A stretch of DNA of 124,000 nt from Wallemia ichthyophaga EXF-994 (lineage: Eukaryota > Fungi > Basidiomycota). Shown here one piece after another: positions 49,873 to 62,390 of this stretch. The notes beneath the pieces were generated by a model, which worked only from the letters and a program-made list of their open reading frames with translations, made no database searches and was not told the origin of the DNA. The stretch is taken from assembly GCF_000400465.1 (NCBI RefSeq), contig NW_008806283.1:20001-144000 (forward strand). Reading direction: 5' to 3'. The position numbers were made by a program, and so were the translations under genes. Numbering within the stretch: position 1 is the stretch's first letter; every line of letters begins with the position of its first letter.

Positions 49873-51018
49873 TTAAGACAACGGATCATTAAAAATTTCA
49901 TTCAGTTCATTCATTTGCGGTAGATCATTCGGCATGTTAAAGTCTAAGAATGAGTCGTGGTGTTCTGAAGGTGGTGGTGGTTGAGTGGGTGGATTAGGAG
50001 GGTTACTTGAAGGTGCTGGTGTGTTTCCTGTATTTCCTGTATTTCCTGTATTTCCTGCGTTACCGCTGCTACCAGAATTCCCTATACCTCCTACACCACC
50101 TACACCACTCGCACTCGGCTGCTCCGCGCTGCTTGGAGTGCTGTTATGTTGCTGGTTATCGATATTCGCCAATATCTCACTTGGTGTGATGGCAGGCGAC
50201 TGATTCTCCTGCGATGGCGTCGCTCCTCCGTCGTCGTTATTGAACGATTCATCATCATCCTCCCTGGACCTCCTCTTCTTATTAATCCGCTTGTTCTGTC
50301 TGGTTACGCGCTGCTTGGGCGATTCGTCCGCTGGCGAGTATCCGTTAATTTGTGGCTGGTAGTGTGATGTGTGTTGGGCGTGTTGGGCTTGCTGTTGCTG
50401 TTGCTGAGCTTGTGCCTGCGCTTGTGCCTGTGCATGCGCTTGCACTTGTGCCTGCACTTGTGCATGCTGCAAATGGGGTGATGGTTGTGGATGGTGGCCT
50501 GGCATCGGTGGGGGCGGCATAGACGGCATTCCCATACCCATACCCATCCCCAAATTCACATTCATTCCAGGTCTCATCATTGGCGTGTTGTTTGGGTTCG
50601 GTGTATGCTGGGCATTGTTGTGTGCATTCGGCGTTCCATTTACTCCTCCTGGTCCCCCTGCTCCTCCTGCTCCACTCGCTCCTCCTACGCCCCCGGCATT
50701 TGGATGCCCCGGATATGGCCGTGGCTGTACCCTCTGCTTCATCATGTACTTCTTCTGTGAAATATCATACCGCTGTTGGAGATTATAGTTTATTTCATAG
50801 TAATTCGGTGATCTAAATTGATTTTGATACTGCAGCTCAAGATTTATCATAAACCATTCAAATAGATATGATTTCGGTGTATCTATCTTAACCGTAGGCT
50901 CTGGCAGCGCATTTTGTATCGGCTTCGATTGAGTTTCCGCGAGGAACTGCTGGGCTGTTTTGACTAAATTATTTTTATACAGATAGTCATATATGTAGCC
51001 ATTTAGTTCTTGATTCAT
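49873..51018 (-). CDS. LisH-domain transcriptional regulator (Flo8/Som1-like)
   Basis: LNGYIYDYLYK..TAQQFLAE..DTPKSYLFEWF followed by Gln/Pro-rich disordered region. Confidence 0.7.
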   Translation of the reverse strand: MNQELNGYIYDYLYKNNLVKTAQQFLAETQSKPIQNALPEPTVKIDTPKSYLFEWFMINLELQYQNQFRSPNYYEINYNLQQRYDISQKKYMMKQRVQPRPYPGHPNAGGVGGASGAGGAGGPGGVNGTPNAHNNAQHTPNPNNTPMMRPGMNVNLGMGMGMGMPSMPPPPMPGHHPQPSPHLQHAQVQAQVQAHAQAQAQAQAQQQQQQAQHAQHTSHYQPQINGYSPADESPKQRVTRQNKRINKKRRSREDDDESFNNDDGGATPSQENQSPAITPSEILANIDNQQHNSTPSSAEQPSASGVGGVGGIGNSGSSGNAGNTGNTGNTGNTPAPSSNPPNPPTQPPPPSEHHDSFLDFNMPNDLPQMNELNEIFNDPLS

Positions 51019-51692
51019 TGAGGCAATCTGGGTGTAGGTGGGTGATCGCTCTTGATGGTTCTTGGTCAAGTGTACAAATAATTGTTTGGGGGCTGAATTT
51101 CGAGGCTATGGGTAGCTAGTAAGGCTTGCAGTAATCGCAAACTTCTAAAATCCTTACATCTCCACTTTCTCACCCGATTCGGCGCCGTTTTCAACTGCTC
51201 GGAGGTCGGACGAGCATGACGAAATCGTACTGAATATAGACACATAAACAAACACACAAATATACAAAATACTTATACAGACTTGCAAACTCTATGCCGT
51301 TTTCATACTTCGGTAGCACTTGCTGATATCGTTCGGATTTGTGGAGGTGTTCGAGTGGAGTACGTTGAGTCGTTGGATCTTGTTTAGTCGACTGCACGGG
51401 AGGCTGGAGAGTGAAATTAATGCACACACACATACACAGCACGCAGCATACAGTACAAGAAAAGTGTAGCAAAAAAATCATGTATACGAGTAAGTTTAGG
51501 TTTAAGTGCAACTTTCAGTGCAAGTCTGTCCCTCCTCCTGAAGAACTGAGCTTGCAAATGCCAAACAGAGTTGAGTGAGAGAGAAAATGGCAGCGTCCGA
51601 GATTTGTACAGATGAAAACGAGGCGATGAGCTGATGAACTGCTGAGAAGAGCAGAGAGAATGAAAAGAATCTAATAAAATCACAACACCACT

Positions 51693-52931
51693 CTACTGCG
51701 TTGGATTGTAATACGCCATTGTAGCGTTCCCCGCGTTAGGATCGGTTGGGTTAGAATTGGCGACGATATCGTCCGTGGCGAGCGCGAGCAGGCGAGACTG
51801 AAGACTCCCTGCATCCATATCGCCTTCGTTGCTAATAAGGGTAGCGAGCAACCCGCTCACGATAGGTGCCGACATGCTACTACCGCTGAGGTAGAGGGTA
51901 GCCTGATCGTCTGCGTTACCCGCCGACAGAATATCGACACCAGGAGCGTAAAGACCGACGCAATCCCCATAGCTCGAGAACGGAGCACGAGTGTCGTCGA
52001 TATTGGACGCTGCCACCGTGATAGCGGAGCTGACTCTGGCTGGCGACGAAGCGCAAGCGTCTTCATTATAATTACCAGAAGCAACTACGAAATGAACTCC
52101 GGCGGCAGTAGCGCTGCTTACGATGCTATCCATAGCATTGCTCGCAGGGCCTCCAAGACTGAGAGAAGCAATGCTAGGTCTGTCAGAGTTCTTAGCAGCA
52201 TTTGCCGCCCAATTAACACCAGCGAGTACATCACTCGCCTTGCCTTGCCCATCAGCGTTGAGAACCTTGACGCTGATCAGCGACGCTTCTTTCGCCGTCC
52301 CGTAGGTGGCACCGCCGATGAGGGCGGCGACGTGCGTACCGTGGTGCACCTGGTCCGTGCCATCGCCTGATGTGCCGTTGTAGCCATAAGATGCGCGGCC
52401 GCCGAATTCGGTGTGCGATGTACGGATGCCTGTGTCGATCACATACACATCCACTCCAGCTCCCGCGCCAGTCCAGCTGTATGTGTAGTCTTGCGCATGG
52501 GGCGACGCATCCGCTGGCAGTGCATTGCGCTGGTTTACCCGCTGCAGATTCCACGTCGCATCGCTCTGCGTCGCGTACGCTTCAACTGGCACATCCTCCT
52601 CCATGTCGGCTATGTCTGCGAGGAGGGTGTCGAATAGGTTGCCGAGCAGCTGCAAAGGTGTGTTAGAATTTTTCTGTAGTGCGCAGCAATTTCAACTCAC
52701 CCCACTTCCCATAGACAGGGCGTAGCCGTTGAAAAAACCATCGTACTTGTGGTTGATGGTGCTGTGCTCTCCGAGTAGCCCCTCGAGCATGCTATAGTGG
52801 GCATTTTGGTCGGTGTCTTCTTTGAAACTCATTATGTAGTTCCCTTCACTCACTCCTCCGCCAAGGCTCAGGCTGTCGAGAAGACTGGCACTGGCAGCGG
52901 CTGCGAGTGTGAGGATGAATGGAATGCGCAT
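51693..52931 (-). CDS. Secreted subtilisin (S8, proteinase K-like) with I9 propeptide
   Basis: Signal peptide MRIPFILTLAAAASA, YIMSFK propeptide, triad VIDTG / HHGTHVA / SGSSMSAP; one intron ~52650-52720. Confidence 0.92.
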
Positions 52932-53195
52932 CGGTTGTTTCTGATGTTTTGAAGGGAGTAATGGAAGCAATGGGAGCAATACGAGCAATATCAGTAATTC
53001 AATTAAACCGCAGTGCAATTTAACCGAACCAGCCGTCACGTCACGTATTAATTTTATCCTTATTGGGAAAGTGATATGCATAATAAATAAGGCGTGAGCA
53101 GCGCTAGATGTTTCCAAGCGTGATTTGGAGGTATCCTATATGGTGCTGCGGAAACAGGAAAAACTTCACTACAATGCTTGCAAAGACAACAATTC

Positions 53196-53572
53196 TCACA
53201 CAGTCGAACCGAGACCCACGATTCCCATTGGTACCGCAAACCCCTTGGCTTGGCCACTGCCCTGGATTTGTCTCTTCTGACGGTATTGATCATGTTGTGC
53301 GCCAGGAGCATCCATCCAGCTATGAGGGACGGGCGCACCATTAGTTCCGGATGCTCCCGATACCTCCGACTTTCCAAACAACTTCTTCAATTTGAGTATA
53401 AATTTGCTCGGTTTCTTCCAAGTAGTCGTTGGTGGATCGACGTTGTCTTAATATTTCCCTCAAGTCAGAAACGAAACATCAACACAAAAACACACCTACA
53501 ATTAACGTAATAGTATCGATTAGTAGTGTAGTCAAATAATTTATTCCATCCAGCGGGCAGTGAAGGTGACAT
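53196..53572 (-). CDS. WW-domain microprotein (~107 aa)
   Basis: Exon1 MSPSLPAGWNKLFDYTTNRYYYVN, intron GTAGGT..CTGAC..TAAG, exon2 YNVDPPTTTWKKP..; both signature Trp and the Pro are present. Confidence 0.8.
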
Positions 53573-53585
53573 TAGCGGTGTTGAA

Positions 53586-55325
53586 TTATACGAGAGAAGA
53601 TGAACGTTCGGTGATGACGAAAGGTTCTGGTGAGATGGGCGAGTTGACGCCTGAGGTGTAATCGAAGAAGGTGGTGTTGGTGTTATTATGACCGCTGAGA
53701 TCCAGTCTCGGTGGGACATGCACACCTCTCCTGACTTCCTCCGCCAGCAGCAGAGTCTCTTCCGTAGAATCAGGCTGCTTGTTGTAACGCGGTGGGCCTT
53801 CCTCATCCTCCACCTGCGTCCCTTCGTCCGTGTACAGCTGGCTATATGCGGGCAACTGTGAGGGTGGAAGGAGACCTTTGCTTTTGAGTAGAGCCAAGCG
53901 CTGCGCTTGCACTTCGAGCATGCTATCGTTCGAGCGTCTGCTGAACCACACCGGTATGGTAATGTCAATGCTCTCCCCCCGCCATTCACCGTCTCCGGGA
54001 ATCTTGCGCACAATATTGAGTATAAGCCGCAGCGCGTGTCTTATTTTTACATACGGCGTCTCGCAGTCAGGGTAAGGGGATGAGGTGGCAGCGTGTGAGT
54101 GTGAATGTGGGTGCTTGTCCGAGTCAGTTTCAGTGTTGTTGTGTAGCTCCTGACCCTTTGTCTGACCTCCCTCACGCTCCCCCTTGGTGGGCATGGGCAA
54201 GGTGAGGGCGATGCGTGCGGTGAGCTTCCCCCCAATATCTACGCCCTCCTCACCGAACGTATGCGTCGCAAAAGCCGCTGTGGCAGGCGGGGGACCTACG
54301 CCACGTGCGACTAGGCGTGAGCGCGTGTAGGATGTGGGGACACTGCTTATCCCAAGCGTGTTAGCTATATCGCTCAGCGCGTGTTCCTGGTATGCGTGAG
54401 CAAACGGGATGAGTGGGTATTGCGGTGGTTGGCATTGTGGGAGCGGGTATGTGGCTAGATAGCGTTGACGTGGTTCTGAAGTGTAGTGTATCTCCTCGAT
54501 GCAGCCAAGTTGGAGACTTTCGAGACGCGCCTGTGTCGCGTGACCATTTCCATTTCCATTTCCACCTGCATTGCGCCTGCTCCCATTATCACCGCTTTCA
54601 CAATTATCGCCCTCCTCATCACTCACAAGCCCCGTAAATATATCCAACTTGAGCTCGTCGTCGTCGGTGAAATACCACATGGGCGTCTTGATCCCAATAC
54701 GCACGGGTTTGAAGTCGCGTGTGTCGTGTGTGGGGCATTGCGACTTTATGTTGTGCACGCGTGAGCGGAGGTGCTGATTGCGGTGGCGGCTGATGAATAT
54801 CTCACACTCAGGCGCGAGCACAGTGTGTTTCTTGATGGAGTTGTTGAGAGGCCAGAGGAGCGAGTTGCGTTTGTTCTCAGCAGCTTCAACGGTGGACTCC
54901 ATCTTTGCGAATAAGGAGTAAGAGGTACGTGAGGATGGCAGGGACATACTTGGTGGCAGCCAGCCATTCAAACGTAGATCAAAGACGACAGAAACGTTGA
55001 TTGGGTGTTCTGAGTCATTCTCGAAAGTGGAAGGCTCGCTGCCCCGCTTAATGATCTGGTCAGAATTGTGAGCTAGGCGGTGAGAACTGAGTCTGCCTTC
55101 AGCATCGCTGTACTGGGAGCAGCCTTGGAAGGTGACAGAGAGCGAGTGTATCCGGAGCTTCTTGCGCTGTAGAGGAGGGATAGAAATGATTATATTGCCA
55201 GAAAGGCTGTACTGCGAGCACGTTCTGGTGGTTCCATGCATGCTGATATGATTCGAATCAGGGATGAGGCTGATATTCATGTTGGGTGGATTGCTTGGGT
55301 TGTTATAATACGAGAACTCATACAT
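53586..55325 (-). CDS. Arrestin-like protein with PY motifs
   Basis: Beta-sandwich strands (SLSGNIII, FDLRLNGWLPPS, YVKIRHALRLIL, IDITIPV) and C-terminal LPAY and PPRY motifs. Confidence 0.65.
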   Translation of the reverse strand: MYEFSYYNNPSNPPNMNISLIPDSNHISMHGTTRTCSQYSLSGNIIISIPPLQRKKLRIHSLSVTFQGCSQYSDAEGRLSSHRLAHNSDQIIKRGSEPSTFENDSEHPINVSVVFDLRLNGWLPPSMSLPSSRTSYSLFAKMESTVEAAENKRNSLLWPLNNSIKKHTVLAPECEIFISRHRNQHLRSRVHNIKSQCPTHDTRDFKPVRIGIKTPMWYFTDDDELKLDIFTGLVSDEEGDNCESGDNGSRRNAGGNGNGNGHATQARLESLQLGCIEEIHYTSEPRQRYLATYPLPQCQPPQYPLIPFAHAYQEHALSDIANTLGISSVPTSYTRSRLVARGVGPPPATAAFATHTFGEEGVDIGGKLTARIALTLPMPTKGEREGGQTKGQELHNNTETDSDKHPHSHSHAATSSPYPDCETPYVKIRHALRLILNIVRKIPGDGEWRGESIDITIPVWFSRRSNDSMLEVQAQRLALLKSKGLLPPSQLPAYSQLYTDEGTQVEDEEGPPRYNKQPDSTEETLLLAEEVRRGVHVPPRLDLSGHNNTNTTFFDYTSGVNSPISPEPFVITERSSSLV

Positions 55326-55556
55326 AAGATAAATAAATCAGCCAAGCGCGTGCTGACAGCTATGCACGCGTCGACAGCCCATACGTACGTCAACCAATCT
55401 CCGCGTTGACAGCGAGATTGGAATTTAAAATAACAGTGTACAATACACATACGATTTATTTGAGTGAAATAATTTTCATTTTCAGAGCCACAGCCATGGC
55501 CCTATTAGCGTGTCTCTCACCCACTCAGCCAACACAAAAAAACTCAAACAAACGCA

Positions 55557-56291
<735 letters not shown>

Positions 56292-56412
56292 GTTAAATAC
56301 ACTTTATACCCTCTTTTCTTTCCATTCTCACAAATTTTCACAATATTCAATCTTTTAATCTTTTTTTGTTAAATGATTACATTCTAATATTCTTATTTAA
56401 CACATTATAAAG

Positions 56413-56707
56413 CCTACACGGCTCTTTCTTTCGCTGACATGGCCTGGATTACATGTTAGCTGGTCATAGCTACCGTAAGACAACCCACCTCCATCTTCTC
56501 TCTCTCCTTTCTATTGTGATCCACTTTCCTCTTAAGATCTGGCGACAGCTTGTTGTACAGCTCCTCGTCGCTCGGCGTGAGTCCAACCATCAATCCATAT
56601 CCACTTCCCATGACTTTTGGCAATAAGCAACAAACACACAGCACACAGCTTACCCACTCACTCACGCTACTCCAGAATGCCCAACGTCCCCAAGCTATTT
56701 TAACCAT
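56413..56707 (-). CDS. CBP4: Cytochrome bc1 assembly factor Cbp4-like
   Basis: WGRWAFWS|..MGSGYGLMVGLTPSDEELYNKLSPDLKRK; two introns. Confidence 0.7.
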
Positions 56708-56752
56708 TTGAGCGTATCAGATGAGGGTAATTTGTACACGCTATCAAATCAT

Positions 56753-57577
56753 TTATCTTGTTTGTACCTTTGCAAGCTCAACGATTGCAGCTCTAGCGAC
56801 AATATGGTCAAGTAAGCCACTTGGGAGGCCAGAGATGGATACTGCCCCAATTGGTCCAGCCACTCCCTTGATATTGATGGGAAATGAACCACCATCTGCG
56901 CTGAAAGACGGGAACTTATTCTCTGTAAATGCATTCATTGTATTCGTCGCCTTCACTTTCATCTTCTCCTGCGACTCCTTAATACGCAAATTGCGCATGA
57001 CAACACGCCCAGTTGGCCCATCTTCAAACACCACCGATGGGAAAACCGCAGAAATGAGATCTTGCAGCTCCTTCCTCGTCATGACTTTAACGCCTGTAAA
57101 ATTCATAAACTGCTGGTACGCCTCGACAAATTCAGTGAGGGGTACTGCGCTGTCACCGTTGAGATCCTCGCACAGAAGCGCATTGAGATACTCAGTGCTA
57201 CGTGCTGGTTCCGAGTTTATCCCTCTTATCACTCCAATTTCCCCATCGGGAAGTGTGTACCTTCCAACGGCGTGGTGCTTCGCTATCAGCGCTTGTCCGT
57301 AGAGATAAGACGACTGGTGGTATTTCTTGCTGATTGCAAGCTTGCCATTCAGCCAATCGTAGTTGGCTGGCGTCACCTCACCGAGAACCCCAGAAGCCAA
57401 CTCTATCCCGTTGAACAAACGCACCGCAAACACTATCCCACTCCCCTCAAAGTTGAAACTGCGGATCGTGTCGGCGATGAACCACGCATCGACACTGTCG
57501 AATTTGTTCAGCGCTATCTTGTCATCTGCTTTCAGTTGCGCGAGTGTTGGGTTGTATTGCTGCTGCTTTACATTCAT
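56753..57577 (-). CDS. GlcG/HbpS-like (UPF0303/YBR137W-like) protein with a ~100 aa insertion
   Basis: N-terminal FDSVDAW..NYDWLNGK..SSY and C-terminal GGSFPINIKGVAGPIGAVSISGLP..DH halves of the haem-binding fold; intronless. Confidence 0.65.
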   Translation of the reverse strand: MNVKQQQYNPTLAQLKADDKIALNKFDSVDAWFIADTIRSFNFEGSGIVFAVRLFNGIELASGVLGEVTPANYDWLNGKLAISKKYHQSSYLYGQALIAKHHAVGRYTLPDGEIGVIRGINSEPARSTEYLNALLCEDLNGDSAVPLTEFVEAYQQFMNFTGVKVMTRKELQDLISAVFPSVVFEDGPTGRVVMRNLRIKESQEKMKVKATNTMNAFTENKFPSFSADGGSFPINIKGVAGPIGAVSISGLPSGLLDHIVARAAIVELAKVQTR

Positions 57578-57756
57578 TGCTGTGGAAAGTGAGTGTGTGG
57601 AGTGATGCGTCTTCTGAGTTTGTGTGTGAGTGTGCGTTATGAACAGGTGATGTGGGCACGTCCACCACTACTGATAAGCTATCGTTACCCGAGCAACCCG
57701 ACGAGTGAACCCAACTTAGAAAAAATAAATGAATATCAATTGGCTAACAAAAGTCC

Positions 57757-60700
57757 TTAGTTGTAAACTTGTAATGGATGTAAATGATCGGCATTAAAGA
57801 GGAAATTACCAGACATGTCCTCGGCTATTTGTAATCTCGTTAGCACACATATAATATCTTTATTATCCACTCACTCTCTAAAAACTTGGTAGGGTACACC
57901 ACCAAATTCCCCTTGAGCCGATTAAGCAGCTTCTCCATTGCGTCGATTTCACTCCTCGTATACCCTCCAGATTCAGCCGTCATACTTCCATTACGCATAT
58001 TTCTCCGGCTTCTCTGTGGCTTTTGCGCATGTGTATCGTCTTCCCCATTACTCCCACTACCCGCACTCGTCATCCCATTCAAATACTTAGAAGACGTCCC
58101 GCTGTTTGACCTCTCCATACTCTCCTCCACGATCGGCTTCTTGTGTTTCTCAGCCATCATGCTGAAGTTCTTGAACTGCCTCCAAGTAGTCACCGTATCA
58201 TCTGGCGTGCAATGGAACACTTTGCGATAGATTTCCGTGTTATATATCGCTGAAGCTATCCAAATGTCCTCAAAGAATTCCTCCGAACACGGATCCACAA
58301 AACTATCCTTATCGAAATCTGGTCCTAGGAATGGCATAGAATAGGTATTGCCTCTTGTCAGTGCCTGCGTCGATCTCCTACTGCGGCGCTCGTTCGTTAT
58401 CGCCGAACTAGTAGTACTGAATCCTCTCGACCGAGTCCGCCTCTCAAGGTTACTGCCACCGCTCTTGTCAGCCGCAGATACAGCCTCCCCATTCTCACGT
58501 TTATCCGCTTGGTCCTGCTCCACCTTTTTCGCTATACTCCCATCTTCCGCCATCTCCCCCTTGATTTCGTGATAAGACTTTTTTAGCGCACTCTGCAACC
58601 TGTCTATTGGATCAGTTATTTGCAGATCCTCTGCTGCTACATTAGTAGGGTGTCTGTCGTCCTTTGTATGCACGTGGTCGTGCTCAGGCGCCCAGTAATT
58701 AGTTCCTTCAGTATTTGCGATCCCTGGCGTGTTAGGATCGGTTGGTCCAGCTGGGGGTGCTGAATTTGTTGATTCAGCTGCTGCTGCTTCTGCTGCTCTC
58801 CCCTTAGCCATCTGCTCATTCATATGAAGGTCGTCGACATCAATACCGAGATGCTCTCTCATCAATCTTATTCTCAAAGTGTGATTAAATCTCCCAACTT
58901 TGTACGGTCTGCCAGCCATCTCTGAATCTATCATATCAGTGTCGCGGATAATGGAAGCTAACTCCGAATCTCTGTCACCGCGCTGACTGCGCTCGTTGAT
59001 ATTTGCACTTCCTATTATTGTCAATCGATCATCGACAGTCATCGTCTTGGCGTGAATGTAAAGAATCTCCGAAGTGAGGTTACCTGATTTGAATTTACCC
59101 CAGTTGCGCAAACTGAAGAAGGTTATGTAGTCGTCAGGATCAATACCCTCCTTGCGAAGTCTAGCAAAGATCGATTGTGCACCGCGACAGATGGATCTGT
59201 TCTGACAGTCAACGATCAGTCTTACAGATGAAGCTGCAGGGTTGTCTACCGACTGGGAATAGCCTGGCATGAGAGGAATAATGATACAGGCCCTCCACGT
59301 TGTGTTCTCGCGATGTGCGCGAATGATGCGGTTCACTAAAGCATCCCCAATCTGATTCTCAATCACTGTAGTATCCACAATGGTGGATGTAACAAAGAAT
59401 TGATTTTCGATATAGACAAAGTGTTCACTTTTCTGTATCGCCTTGACGTAGGCATTTTGAATCGAGTGCTCGATCTTATCAGGTGTTCCAATCGACCATG
59501 GTCCACAAGAGCGACATATTTGCATCTCGAGTGTACCATTCATCTTTTGCATTTCGAGATCACGGTTGCTGAGGTCGTTTGGTGGTAACAGGAAGGGAAG
59601 CTCGCGACTGTGGTGCTTTGTTCGCAAAAGATAGTTCCAGCGCTGAATGAAGTGGCGCGAAAGATCACGCGCTGGTTGACCAATAAGCTGCAAGCCCACA
59701 TCATGCCATGGCATGCGAGGCGTAGTGCTTCTATCGAACATATCCTCGTATGGCTTGTTGAGGTCGCGGAAATCAGATACACCTGGTATTGAAATAAGTT
59801 TGACATCAACACCATTTACTTTTCAACTTACGTGCATTCGAGTAGTCTTTTCCTGGCCAGATATATTCATCTCCGTTTTCACCTCCCTCATCGACACAAA
59901 TGTGCTGTGGAGTGTCCCATCTACCGAAACAAAGATCTAAGCCACCCATAAATACCATTGTCTGATCAACTACACATAGCTTTTCGTGGTGCGAGAAGTA
60001 CAATACACCTGTGGTGATATGTGAAGGAGATCTCTGAACCATGATGTTCTCATTCAACGAACGCAGTTTTTGTTTCGTGTAGTTTGAGTCGATAGGCGTA
60101 AACTCATTTGAGACTTCTCTATACACAATAACGTAAATTTTGACGCCTTCTGCTGCTTTCCTTTGAAGGAGATTTGTAAGGGTCCATTTAGGATGACCTG
60201 GCCTGCGCAGCTGCAGCTCAGGCGATAACCACCAATCGTGAATATATATACTTTCCCGGGCTAATGAAACTGCACGAGACAGCTGCCAGAAGTAGTCGCG
60301 TCCATCAATAAGCCATTGTGCACTGACGTTGAGACGAACTGGTGCGAATGAGTCAAATCTGTGAATCTTTGACCATAGTGTGTTATTTTTCATCATCATC
60401 ATGCTCTGGATAAACTGTTCCATTTGTCTTTCGTTTTTTGCTACGAGCTTCATCCTTCTTTCTGCATTGCGGATATAGAATGTGTGTGTTGAGGTATCTT
60501 TAGTCTTGCTCTTTTTCACTTCATTTGAGACGGCGAATTGAGGGTCAGAATCAACGGCATGCTCATTTATATTCTGCTGCTGCTGCTGCTCCAATCTAGC
60601 TTCCTCAACACTATCGTCACGATCATGTTCTTGTGAGCTTGATGGACGTGTTTCAGTGCTCTTCATCGTATCTAACCTGGAATCCTTAGGTTGAGAAACT

Positions 60701-62227
60701 TGGCGTGAGTGAGAGTGACTGTGCAAGTGAGGATGATGGTGCTGAAGGAATGCCTCACCCTCGATAAATGGCGCTCTAATTGCATTAGCTGTTTGTCTGT
60801 AGTATCTTTTTGGCCTTTCGATGGAAAAGTCACTATCAATCAAGAAGACGTCATAAACACTTATTGAATGGGCATCCTCGACGCATACCAAGTAGTCGTC
60901 TCTGACAATCCACCACTTTGGTTCACGCAACTTCTTAATGCTTATCGCCGAAACAATCGATGGTTGTGCAGAGAGTCTACCGCAGTTATTTGACATGATG
61001 CGCAGGTAACCGGCTTTACCTTGACTACCGCCATTCTGGATCAAGCAGACTGTAAGTGCTGAGAACTCAAAGAATCTACAAATGCGGTTGGCGGAGGATG
61101 AGAACATTGTGGCACGGATAAGGTCAATGAGGTAGTTTTGTAATGAATCTCTTTGCATTCTAGCGAAATCCGACTTGGAGAGTTCTTTACCTTTGAGTCT
61201 GCCCTCCCTTTTGAGTAAGTTAAAGTAGGGTAAGCTTGTTTTTGGGAATTCTGGTAAGCCATCCATCGCTCTTCTGACTGAGGCGACGCGGAAGTGGGTA
61301 TGTAGACTAACAAAGTCACGTAGTTCGCGATAAATGGTCCATCTTAGGTTGGAATCACCGTACTGACACTGATAAAGGATGTGAGATGTGTAAATAGGGT
61401 AATTCTTCAAATTAGCGCACCTCAATTCTAAACATAGCGTGAGTGTTGGAGAGTGGATGAACACTATCGCTGACTCTAATTTTTAAGTGATGGAGAAATA
61501 CAGGTATACGTGGAGAGTGATGCTCATCGCGATCGAGAGCCATTTTGAGCATCACAGCGGGTAACATACCATACATGCACTCAGTGACCAAGTCAACTTC
61601 AGCGCCAGTACGTGGTTGTATAGATTTATGACCAATGATCTTTGATTTGATAGCAGCCCAACGGTGCTTACCAGATTTATCATTCTTGTCGTTGTAAGAA
61701 GACCTCCTTGATATCTGGGTGGTAGCATTCTGAAGGCGTGGATAATCTGAGCTGTTTTCCTTCTTTTTCTGGACAGTGTCATCCTGAGACATTGACCTAA
61801 CTTGTGCTTTGTTTTTTTTCTTTTTTGCGGGTTTTGGGGAGGGATCTTCATCCTCCCACTCGCTGGAAGACTCTAAACCGATAGAGGAAGAGCGTGACTG
61901 CTGTGCTGAGTAAACGCCTTTCATTTCATTCTGATTTGGAGCGAACTTTTTAGCGAAAGGGTCGTCTTCTTTACCCGCGAGAGAAGTGGGAGTATCAGGC
62001 ATATTAAGCAAAAGTCTAGCGCGTGGGTTTGGATGCTGCGAGGTGCCTGCGTATGAGCTCATTGAGAGCGTAGGCGAGGGACGTGAGGAGGAAGGACGCG
62101 AGTGTTTTGTAGATTTCATCGGATCCTTTGTATCTAGTGGGGGAAGCGGGGGTGACAGCTTTCCAGAGGACAGCTTCTCTGGCTCTTCGTGTCTGTGGAG
62201 TGTGAGCCCGTCATCGTGCAAATCCAC
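57757..62227 (-). CDS. SPO14: Phospholipase D (Spo14/PLD1, PX-PH-2xHKD), multi-exon
   Basis: PX/PH region, HHEKLCVVD and YIHAKTMTVD HKD motifs, IIGSANINERSQ, terminal LHPLQVYN; exact start uncertain (62117-62325). Confidence 0.93.
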
Positions 62228-62390
62228 GAGAGCTCAACCCACAACGGCAATTGTGTGAGAGTGTTGTCTCTATCATCAATCTGCGTCTTCTGAAGCTCCA
62301 GCGTTAAGTCCGCAAGCTTGGTCATCGCCGTGAGTGATCAAGACGCAACCCGCTCTGGGACGCACCACCACGCGCCACCAAGCCATTTGA

